A DNA stretch of 64,000 bases from Octopus sinensis (Eukaryota): positions 149,234,001 through 149,298,000 of the forward strand of contig NC_042997.1 of assembly GCF_006345805.1 (NCBI RefSeq), written 5' to 3'. Shown one piece after another: positions 13,443-23,741 of the stretch. A model generated the notes under the pieces. It did not search any database, was not told the DNA's origin, and saw nothing but the letters and a program-made list of their open reading frames with translations. A program made the translations under genes and the position numbers. The first letter of the stretch is position 1, and every line of letters begins with the position of its first letter.

Positions 13443-14499
13443 CATACGTGCATGCGTATATATATATCTGTTTATATATGTGTGTGTATATATGTATATA
13501 TATATAATCATATATACAGAGAGATCTTATAGTTGTATTAGTAGAAGTAGTAGTAGTAGTGGTAGTAGTAGTAGTTGTTGTTGTTGTTGTTGTATAGGGA
13601 GGAAGACGACGACGATGACTAAGTGTGATAGGTGAACATTGAGTATGTTACGTACACACAAGTATACAGATAGCTAAAACGCATATAAATACAGACTCGA
13701 TGTAATAGGAACACATTTACATGTAAGAGATGGGGATCTTTAAATAGAAGTTAAAATTGAGAGTATAAAACTTAAAGAATGTAGATGTAGATAAAGCTGG
13801 GTAACGAACAAAATCTTGTAAAGAGTTTAAAAGTTTATATAAACTAACTCTCAATTTATTTCTTTGAAAATGTTCGTAGCAAAAAAAGAAAGAAAGTAAA
13901 AATATTTGATTGTGACAGCGATGAAAAAACGGAGGATGTGACTGAAGTATTCAGGGTCTGAATAGAAATAGAAATTGTGTCAAGTAGCATCAAAACCAGA
14001 ATTTAAAATGTTTAAATCATGGCTGAATTCAAGTAGAATTACTCCTTTCCTCTCCAACTCCAAATAATGTAGGAAATATTTTCAAGAAAGACAAAATCAA
14101 CAAGAAAAGAAAATTGAAATGCAAAAACTCTTATCGGGTGCGTACATTAACAAAAATTCAGGAATGAGATAACGCGATAAGCAACCAAAAGTTAAATACT
14201 TGCATGTTTAAGATGCAATACATTCCGTTTCGCTTTTTAAAAATATAGTATACAATTACATGTAAGATGTTGTTAGTTATTTATCTCAGCGAGAATATTC
14301 GGATTTAATTGGTTGGAAGATTTTAGTGACAGAGATTTTAGAAGAATAGTTATCTCACATTGAACTCATTTAGTTTTTTGTTTACTATTATTTTGTCTTT
14401 GATTTTGAAACTACATCAGAAGATGTACAAAAATGTGAGAATTCATACTAATTATTAACAGCTGTAGCGTAATAATCTAGAGAAATTTTCGGTTGTCCA

Positions 14500-15060
14500 T
14501 TCGTCGATCGGGGAATACCAGATTTATTTGCGTCTGACTTGAGAAAGCAATATTGACTGCATCTAATATAAATGGAGTGGTGAATCTATTGGGAATAACT
14601 TCGCTATATTTTTCCACCCTGTATTTAATCGCCATTATTCCTATGTCATGGGGAATATTGGTGTAAAGGCTTACTACATCAAAACGAAGTAAATGTGAAT
14701 TTCGTTAGTTCGGGAAGATGAGGCAGGAAGTCGGCGTCATCCCGGATAAAACTAGGTATGTGGGTACCTGTTTTCAAAATGATATCAATAGAATTCTTTA
14801 GATCGTGCGCAAGGCATGCTGGACCAGCTACAATAGGTTTGAGTTTTAGGCCTTTCGGATGTAGTAATTTCATGTGCACATTTTCTCGTTTCTTTACTGC
14901 TTGCTGAATTTCTTTTGAGTCGTGTATTTTTGCTAAACCACAGAAGTTGCTGGATTTTGGTGCGAAATTATTGATATAGTCTCATTCAATATTTGTAAGG
15001 GTGTTGTAATGTTTTAAAACTAGGTTGTTGACATTCTTCATGATGTGATCGTCTGTATTT
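14500..15060 (-). pseudogene. Penelope-like element reverse transcriptase fragment
   Basis: ORF 14679-14879, LKLKPIVAGPACLAHDLKNSIDIILK..IPSFIRDDADFLPHLP, matches the PLE RT RPIIAGP...SFIRD..DFL region. The same motif occurs in the PLE near 49960 (LKLRPIIAGPACETH). Confidence 0.7.
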
Positions 15061-15070
15061 GAAGGTATTT

Positions 15071-15173
<103 letters not shown>

Positions 15174-15372
15174 TAATATATATACTATATATATATATTA
15201 TATATATATATATATTATATATATATATATATATATAATCATATAATTAAGGGCTAAAGAGGGTTATTCTAAAGCCAAATACACTGTTTTATCCACTTAT
15301 AATCCGCTTGTTACAGGAAAATTGAAACTGAAAACGGGCAACTAACCTTTAGAAAATTTAAATTTTGTTATC

Positions 15373-15432
15373 TCTATATTGAATCAATTCGGACTTAATC
15401 TTATAAAAAAGATATATTCCTTCTTCAGTAGA
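15373..15432 (-). ncRNA. Type I hammerhead motif, array copy 1 (GAAA shown as GAA)
   Basis: TCTA-CTGAAGA-stem II-CC-GAA-TTGATTCAA-TA-TAGA; one A is missing relative to copies 3, 4 and 6. Confidence 0.5.
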
Positions 15433-15862
15433 ACTTTCGATGGGATATAAATAAAATACTCACGTATGATCATGGAAAAAGCACAAGCTAAAAACATAAC
15501 TACACTTGAGTACATCACTTATATCTAAAAATAAAAATTCTTTGGTCAGCCTCAGAAAACAACGTCCAGACCTTTCGCCGCTACAAATTGTAATGGTTAC
15601 CAGTCCTCCTGTAGCAAGCATCGAGTTTACTACTAAGCAATATAGGATGAAGTCCCTTACTCTACAGCAAAGGAATTCATCAGGAAGCGTGGCAGTATAT
15701 TTAAAAAAAACCGTTACGGTTGCAATATACATCATATATTAAGGGCTAAAGAGGGTTATTCTAAAGCCAAATACACTGTTTTATCCACTTATAATCCGCT
15801 TGTTACAGGAAAATTGAAACTGAAAACGGGAAACTAAACTTAGAAAATTTAAATTTCGTTAT

Positions 15863-15925
15863 CTCTATATTGGAATCAATTCGGACTTAATCTTATAAAA
15901 AAAGATATATTCCTTCTTCAGTAGA
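15863..15925 (-). ncRNA. Type I hammerhead motif, array copy 2 (variant)
   Basis: Same motif with GAA instead of GAAA and one extra base in stem III. Confidence 0.45.
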
Positions 15926-16349
15926 ACTTTCGATGGGATATAAATAAAATACTCACGTATGATCATGGAAAAGCAAGCTAAAAAACATAACTACACTTGA
16001 GTACACACTTATATCTAAAAATAAAAATTCTTTGGTCAGCCTCAGAAAACAACGTCCAGACCTTTCGCCGCTACAAATTGTAATGGTTACCAGTCCTCCG
16101 TAGCAAGCATCGAGTTTACTACTAGCAATTATAGATGAATTGCCCTTACTCTACAGCAAAGGAATTCATCAGGAGCGTGGGCAGTATATTTAAAAAAAAC
16201 CGTTACGGTTGCAATATACATCATAATAAGGGCTAAAGAGGGTTATTCTAAAGCCAAATACACTGTTTTATCCACTTAAATCCGCTTGTTACAGGAAAAT
16301 TGAAACTGAAAACGGGCAACTAACCTTAGAAAATTTAAATTTCGTTATC

Positions 16350-16411
16350 TCTATATTGAATCAATTTCGGACTTAATCTTATAAAAAAAGATATATTCCT
16401 TCTTCAGTAGA
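16350..16411 (-). ncRNA. Type I hammerhead ribozyme motif, array copy 3 (core intact)
   Basis: Minus strand: TCTA (stem I) CTGAAGA (core) AGGAATATATCTTTTTTTATAAGATTAAGTCC (stem II: GGA/TCC and ATCTT/AAGAT) GAAA (core) TTGATTCAA (stem III) TA, cleavage, TAGA (stem I'). Predicted cut between 16354 and 16353. Confidence 0.75.
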
Positions 16412-16845
16412 ACTTTCGATGGGATATAAATAAAATACTCACGTATGATATTGTGGAAAAAGCACAAGCTAAAAACATAACTACACTGAGTACATCACTT
16501 ATATCGAAAAATAAAAATTCTTTGGTCAGCCTCAGAAAACAACGTCCAGACCTTTCGCCGCTACAAATTGTAATGGTTACCAGTCCTCCTGTAGCAAGCA
16601 TCGAGTTTACTACTAAGCAATATAGGATGAAGTCCCTTACTCTACAGCAAAGGAATTCATCAGGAAGCGTGGGCAGTATATTTTTAAAAAACCGTTACGG
16701 TTGCAATATACATCATATAATTAGGGCTAAAAGAGGGTTATTCTAAAGCCAAATACACTGTTTTATCCACTTATAATCCGCTTGTTACAGGAAAATTGAA
16801 ACTGAAAACGGGCAACTAACCTTTAGAAAATTTAAATTTCGTATC

Positions 16846-16907
16846 TCTATATTGAATCAATTTCGGACTTAATCTTATAAAAAAAGATATATTCCTTCTT
16901 CAGTAGA
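16846..16907 (-). ncRNA. Type I hammerhead ribozyme motif, array copy 4 (core intact)
   Basis: Same motif as copy 3. Confidence 0.75.
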
Positions 16908-17339
16908 ACTTCGATGGGATATAAATAAAATACTCACGTATGATCATGGAAAAAGCACAAGCTAAAAACATAACTACACTTGAGTACATCACTTATATCT
17001 AAAAATAAAAATTCTTTGGTCAGCCTCAGAAAACAACGTCCAGACCTTTCGCCGCTACAAATTGTAATGGTTACCAGTCCTCCTGTAGCAAGCATCGAGT
17101 TTACTACTAAGCAATATAGGATGAAGTCCTTACTCTACAGCAAAGGAATTCATCAGGAAGCGTGGGCAGTATATTTAAAAAAAACCGTTACGGTTGCAAT
17201 ATACATCATATAATTAAGGGCTAAAGAGAGGGTTATTCTAAAGCCAAATACACTGTTTTATCCACTTATAATCCGCTTGTTACAGGAAAATTGAAACTGA
17301 AAACGGGCAACTAACCTTTAGAAAATTTAAATTTCGTTA

Positions 17340-17402
17340 TCTATATATGAATCAATTTCGGACTTAATCTTATAAAAAAAGATATATTCCTTCTTCAGTA
17401 GA
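17340..17402 (-). ncRNA. Type I hammerhead motif, array copy 5 (stem III variant)
   Basis: CTGAAGA and GAAA are intact; stem III reads TTGATTCATA instead of TTGATTCAA. Confidence 0.55.
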
Positions 17403-17830
17403 ACTTTCGATGGGATATAAATAAAATACTCACGTATGATCATGGAAAAAGCACAAGCTAAAAACATAACTACACTGAGTACATCACTTATATCTAAAAA
17501 TAAAAATTCTTTGGTCAGCCCAGAAAACAACGTCCAGACCTTTCGCCGCTACAAATTGTAATGGTTACCAGTCCTCCTGTAGCAAGCATCGAGTTTACTA
17601 CTAAGCAATATAGGATGAAGTCCCTTACTCTACAGCAAAGGAATTCATCAGGAGCGTGGGCAGTATATTTTAAAAAACCGTTACGGTTGCAATATACATC
17701 ATATAATTAAGGGCTAAAGAGGGTTATTCTAAAGCCAAATACACTGTTTTATCCACTTTAATCCGCTTGTTACAGGAAAATTGAAACTGAAAACGGGCAA
17801 CTAACCTTTAGAAAATTTAAATTTCGTTCC

Positions 17831-17892
17831 TCTATATTGAATCAATTTCGGACTTAATCTTATAAAAAAAGATATATTCCTTCTTCAGTAGA
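17831..17892 (-). ncRNA. Type I hammerhead ribozyme motif, array copy 6 (core intact)
   Basis: Same motif as copy 3. Confidence 0.75.
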
Positions 17893-17970
17893 ACTTTCGA
17901 TGGGATATAAATAAAATACTCACGTATGATCATGGAAAAAGCACAGCTAAAAAACATAACTACACTTGAG

Positions 17971-18007
<37 letters not shown>

Positions 18008-18020
18008 TATATGTATATGT

Positions 18021-18571
18021 AAAGAAGCATTGGTTATAGAACAAACACTAAATTTGGGTCAACAACACTTTACATACAATGTATACCCCTTTAGTTAAAT
18101 GATCTGCGGTGGTGAGCTCCCGAAATGGCCATACATATATGTGAATGTTGAATTTGACCTGTGGAAGTCTGTTTACTTGTGAACTTTGGACGTACTTGTG
18201 TGAGGAAAGTATCAGACGTTTTACAAATATTAAATTTAAAAAAAATATATTTTAATCGTATGATAAAAGCTTGTCGGTGGACATTTATTTTATTTTATTT
18301 TATTTTTATCTTTATTTATTTTATATTTGTCTATTAGGTCTTTTAGTAGTTTAGGAATTTTTAGTCGTGTATATTTAACTTTTTGATAGGCCGTTCTATT
18401 TGTAGTTTATTCGACTGTATATTTTATCTTCTGTGATTTTATGTATATGTATTATTTTATGTCTTTGAAAACCATGGTGATTTTTGTTATATGATTAAAT
18501 GTTTGAAGATGGTGTTATATATTAAGTCGTTGACCTAAATTTAATGTTCGTTCTATAGCCAATGCTTCTTT
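18021..18571. repeat. ~550-bp segment bounded by 46-bp imperfect inverted repeats
   Basis: 18021-18066 AAAGAAGCATTGGTTATAGAACAAACACTAAATTTGGGTCAACAAC against the reverse complement of 18526-18571; 5 mismatches by my count. Confidence 0.75.
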
Positions 18572-18670
18572 ATCTTCGTCTCATATTTGAGGTCTTGTTT
18601 TGCTGTCCTATAAATACTTTTGTTTCTAGTAAAAAAAGATAAATATCAATTCTTGTTGTATATGTATATG

Positions 18671-18736
<66 letters not shown>

Positions 18737-21700
18737 GTGTGGTGTGTGTGTGTGTGTGTGGTGTGTGAGTATGTGTGTGTATGTGTGTATGCGTATATAT
18801 TTGACCACGCATCCTTATATGTTTGTCTGAATTAAAAAAAGAATGATAATGCACAGGTATTACATAATCACACTCATTAGCTTCATAAATGTTTGCTTCC
18901 TCATGCAACATTATACAACTTCACCAACCATTAAGCACATCAGCGGCACATCAGTATACGTTTAAAATGCTCCTTTACTAAGAATAATTCCTCTCTGCGA
19001 ATGTTCAAATTTGTATTCTTAGCTGGTGAAATGAAATGATACAGAATCATGTCCTATGATGTAATGACTTCATTTCCGGTCCTTCTTTGGAGAATTTTCT
19101 TCTGTGACTATCTTCACATTGGGAGATGTTTCCCCGTCCAAGTTCCTAAACTTTCTAAAAATGACCTTGCGCTAATATATTCATCGCTATAAAGAAAAAT
19201 GTATAAGCATATATATAGGCATACATGCACACTGCGCCAAACGCACAAACATAATAGAAAGAGTCAACGTGAATATATCTTATTTATTACGAAAACTATC
19301 GCCATTATTTAAATGACGATGTCTCTTAATTAAAGAGGTGCAGTGCATGTAAATTCAGACGAATAAAAATATGTTCTTAAAGCTAAAGAAAAATCAAATA
19401 AAATTAGCAAGTGCGAAAGAATGAAGAATATCAAATTCTTAATTTAAGAACTTAATTAACCTGCCGTGTGAGATAACTGCTTCATGTGATTAAAATGTCA
19501 TTGAATGGCCAATTTTATAACAGGACATTCTACATTGAATTCTTAGTGCCAAAAATGTCATGGGATTAATATAATACTCTTAACTAAGATATTGAATTAA
19601 CCTAGGTTTATGATATTTATGAAAAGAATATAAATGATTTAATTTTTATTTATTAAATTAGCTTTTTTCCAATTATTAATTTAATTAAAGCTAATCTCGT
19701 TTAACTTCTATAGTTGAATATTTAATCATCTATTATTAACCGTCTGCTGTCGTGTTTTCACTATCTACTATGGATTTATTTAAAATTTGTGCTACATTTC
19801 ACACAAATTGACTTCATAATTTGTGTAAACTTATATTATACTTCTTCCTTTCGAAGAAATCTTGCACTTCTCTTTACACATTAAATGTTGTAGTACTTAC
19901 TGTACGCTTATAGAAATGTTTCGTCTTTGTATTGCATAAAAATGAGTTGAATGCATCAACTACATTTTATTTTTAATTTTTCAGATTCTGCTAGACTGGC
20001 GAAATAGATGAGATTGGTATATAGTTTAAGAACTTAGAGGGAATATTTCAAAACCTAATGAAGTAGGAGAAAGAACTTCAAGACACAGTAAATTAATGAT
20101 GATTTGTAGACTCGACCTGATAATATAACAACCAAGAAAATGGTTATTATGATATTCCAGTTTTGTATAGATCACGTAACAATGCATTTTTCTAGTTCAG
20201 TGAGTGAATTTTGACGAGAATTGTTTTGGGTGTAACTGAATATCGATAAAGTAGTAACTGCAGCATTTCTGGAGACTGACGTTTATGCTAATTGTATATT
20301 TTAATATCATGTAGTATTTTGTGCCCGTCAGAACTTCAATGTTCAAAATATAAGACTTACAATGACGTACTTATATTTCTGAAAATGTCTAATATCTCTA
20401 TAGATGGCATCTTTCTCGCGAATGGTGAGAAAATTAGTAGGCTCTCATTATATGAGTATTTATTGAAGATGTCAAAATTATAGCCGTAATATAGAGAAGA
20501 ACGCTTGTGAAAAATGTAGGAATTTATTTTCATAAATGTAGACTTAATGATGCCGGAAACAAGCCAACCCTACAATGGAATAGTAAAACAAGACATTTCC
20601 AACTAAATGAATTAGTTACTGCCTAACAAGCAATTATTAACATTGGATGCCATGGTTAAAGTATTTAGGGATACTGGAAAACAAACATTGGTGTCTTTAA
20701 CAAAATAAGGACCTGATATGGGAGCACGTCTCCAGTAAGTACTACAACAGTAGAAGTGGTCACTTTAAAAAGATGTCACGTTGTATTGAAGTAATCTTCG
20801 GATTCGTGAGGGAAAGAAGAGCATGATTAATATGTTTGATAGTCATTTTGGCATCAACAATTGCAAGGGTTGACATAGATATCGAAACATATACCTGTGT
20901 AAAGGAAATTATGAAATAGTGTAATGGTAAAAGATGCTTCTCCATCGCCATCTTTAACGACACCATCTAGGTCTTTGAGTTACTCTAGTGGAATCTGTTG
21001 TTGAAGAATTCTTGATAGATTACAAATCAAGCGGTACCTCCACGCATCAACCTTCTATGCATCATACGTACTGCTATTATTTATCTGAATAAGATTAGAT
21101 AATGAATCAATAGTAAAAATAATTATAGTTTATATCACTGAAGAAGCACACCTACACCCAAAATATTCAGGCCATCATCATTCCATCAGTTTTGTATATC
21201 TAAGAGTCCGAAATGTACCTTTCTTTCTTTGATTATATTTGCATTGCCGGAAACGCCGTTATGAATACATGTTTAATTTGGCAAATGTAGAAATCCTAAT
21301 TAATTCTTACAAAGGAGCTAAGCGTTCAGTGCGAGTTAATTTCCTTCGACGATACATTTTACAGTATCAATATACAATCATCATGCAATTTAAAATGTAG
21401 TATGTAATATTTTTATAAATGTTTTAAACTAAAGATACGTTGAGAGGTTAATAAGCGGTTGTGAATAAGTTGTGTTTTGTTTTTATTAACTGACTAAATT
21501 TGGGTCATAGACCCTTAAGCCGTTTAATCAACCGAGTTAAAGAATTTGTAACTTCATTTATAATACTTAAATTTCATGTCGCATTATACCTACTACTATT
21601 TCAATATATTTGCTTAAATTCCAGACGTCTTTTGATATTTCATTACTGTTCATTCATGCACAACAACACATCATTATATAAACATATAGTCTCAATGTGT

Positions 21701-22951
21701 ATACACAAGGAAACAGAAATTTAGAGGGTATACTGAAATAACAGAATAGTTAATTAGGTAATATCTATGAAAAGACATATAGTTATACATTTTTAGCATT
21801 AGCTTCAACGACTGAAATATTAGAGGGGATTATGTTGTTCCATAATAAAACTAAAACTCCTCCAGGAAGACAAAGTGTCGTATTTATCAACTGTACAGTA
21901 GCACAGTCAAAAATGTAACAGTGTTTAGTTTCATTTAATATATGAAGTCCAATTTATATCGGTAGTTCGATAACTATAGTTAGATAAAATATATACCTTT
22001 CTAAATATACTCTATAACAATATTCTTAAAATGGTTTTGTACACTTTTTGTATAAACAACACGTAAAATATAATTGTAATATATTATTCCGGGTGCCACT
22101 GAAATAATACAAAAAACTTTTAACTTTATGCCATCTGCCTAGTCTCAAAAAATTAATTGTGAGTAATTGTTTTGTTTAGAGATTATGCCAAAAGAAATCA
22201 GACGATCAAAGAACTGAAAGTTTAATAGAAAATATGTATTTGTTTCAGGAAAATGACTAAAACCTTCCAGTTTATTTCCCCCAATAAAACTGTATACTAA
22301 AAGAATACAATTTCCAGTAGAAGCTGGGATGTAGGACAAAAGAAACTACTATATTAATCATGGTATTTTATTGTTTATTGTTGAGGACTGCAGGATTATT
22401 CCTGAGCAGATATGCAAACATAAAAATATGAGGAAGGAAACACGAAAAATGTGTGGATATAAAAACGAATTTCCATAACAGAATTCAATTTACTTCAGTT
22501 ATAAACCATGAAGCAATATTGAGAGAGATTAGACGAGTGACATTGTTCGAAAACAGCTAAGTCCAATAACACAAATAACCATCTTCGCACTCTGAGATTT
22601 AGTGCTATAAAAGTTTCAAATTATTGCATAAATATTTTATACGGATACGCAATTGTGAAGCACTGAATTTTAGTGATATTGAATTTTGTATGTAACTTCA
22701 ATTCCAAATCTATTTATCTATCTATCTAATTGTGCACCTCTCTTTCTAGGTATGTATGTACGTATGTATGTATGTATGTATGTATGTATGTATGTATGTA
22801 TGTATGTATGTATGTAGATATATATATATATATATATATATATAAGAAAAATAAGAAAATAGAGATAATTCAATTAATAATTATATTTATTAATCACAAA
22901 AGTAGACATAATCTCTGACAGCTGTTTCGATACAGACTTTAAATATATATA

Positions 22952-22994
<43 letters not shown>

Positions 22995-23091
22995 TTTAAC
23001 AATTGAGGATAAAATCTTTAAAAGAAATTATCAGTAGTCAGCGTGAAAAACCTCGTAAGAGAAAAAATCCGTAAATTCTTCCTCTTTGAAA

Positions 23092-23513
23092 ATATTCATT
23101 TATATTATAATGAGGGTACTACTATTAGTAGATACCAACACGCTAAGAGGGACCAATGCGGTCAAAACTACTAAAAATAAACAAAATATTACCGAATGCA
23201 AAACTTCAAAACACATCATTTTAAAAAATAATTCAGTTACATATCACATGTGATTTCGCATTTAATGCAGAATATGCATTTCTATGTTCATCAGTGCAAC
23301 AAACTCAAGAGATATAAGAAAAAACATAACATTACAAACTCGATAGCCAACCGTAGAATTCATCGTAGCATGTACGAATGTTTATCCGTATAAACATTTT
23401 TTTTAACGTTTTGCATTCGGTAATATTTTGTTTATTTTTAGTAGTTTTGACCGCATTGGTCCCTCTTAGCGTGTTGGTATCTACTAATAGTAGTACCCTC
23501 ATTATAATATAAA

Positions 23514-23520
<7 letters not shown>
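23092..23520. repeat. 113-bp inverted repeat pair enclosing a ~200-bp spacer with a hammerhead motif (PLE pLTR-like)
   Basis: 23092-23204 is the reverse complement of 23408-23520, with no mismatch seen by eye. TA microsatellites flank the element. Confidence 0.9.
23236..23300 (-). ncRNA. Type I hammerhead ribozyme motif
   Basis: GTTGCA CTGATGA ACATAGAAATGCATATTCTGCATTAAATGC GAAA TCACATGTGA TA, cleavage, TGTAAC. Stem I has 6 bp (one G-U). Stem II has CAT/ATG plus AATGCA/TGCATT. Stem III is a perfect 10-nt palindrome. Confidence 0.8.
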
Positions 23521-23566
<46 letters not shown>

Positions 23567-23640
23567 TTAGAGAGAGAGACGGAGAGAGATATATAGATAC
23601 CTAGATAGATAGATAGATACTAGATACATACATACATACT

Positions 23641-23689
<49 letters not shown>

Positions 23690-23710
23690 ATATCTACATA
23701 CATACATACA

Positions 23711-23741
<31 letters not shown>

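Larger units (their letters stand above)
15240..17970 (-). repeat. Tandem array of a ~492-bp unit, ~5.5 near-identical copies, each with a hammerhead ribozyme motif (candidate non-LTR retrozyme / tandem pLTR)
   Basis: The marker AGGGCTAAA recurs at about 15250, 15742, 16229, 16723, 17217 and 17710. The last copy stops at 17970. (TA)n tracts flank both sides. Copies differ mainly by 1-nt indels. Confidence 0.95.

Noticed and set aside
15655-15690. Second CTGATGA on the minus strand of each array unit, followed by a TTCCTT/AAGGGA hairpin
   Set aside because: No GAAA follows the hairpin (it reads CTTCA), so it is not a hammerhead core.
15460-17530. Repeated ORFs in the tandem unit (MSTSLISKNK..., MLATGGLV...)
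   Set aside because: They are short, differ in frame between copies, use non-ATG starts in several cases and resemble no protein I recognise.
19985-20016. Possible micro-exon with good acceptor and donor
   Set aside because: All three frames contain a stop. A selenocysteine reading of the TGA frame has no support.
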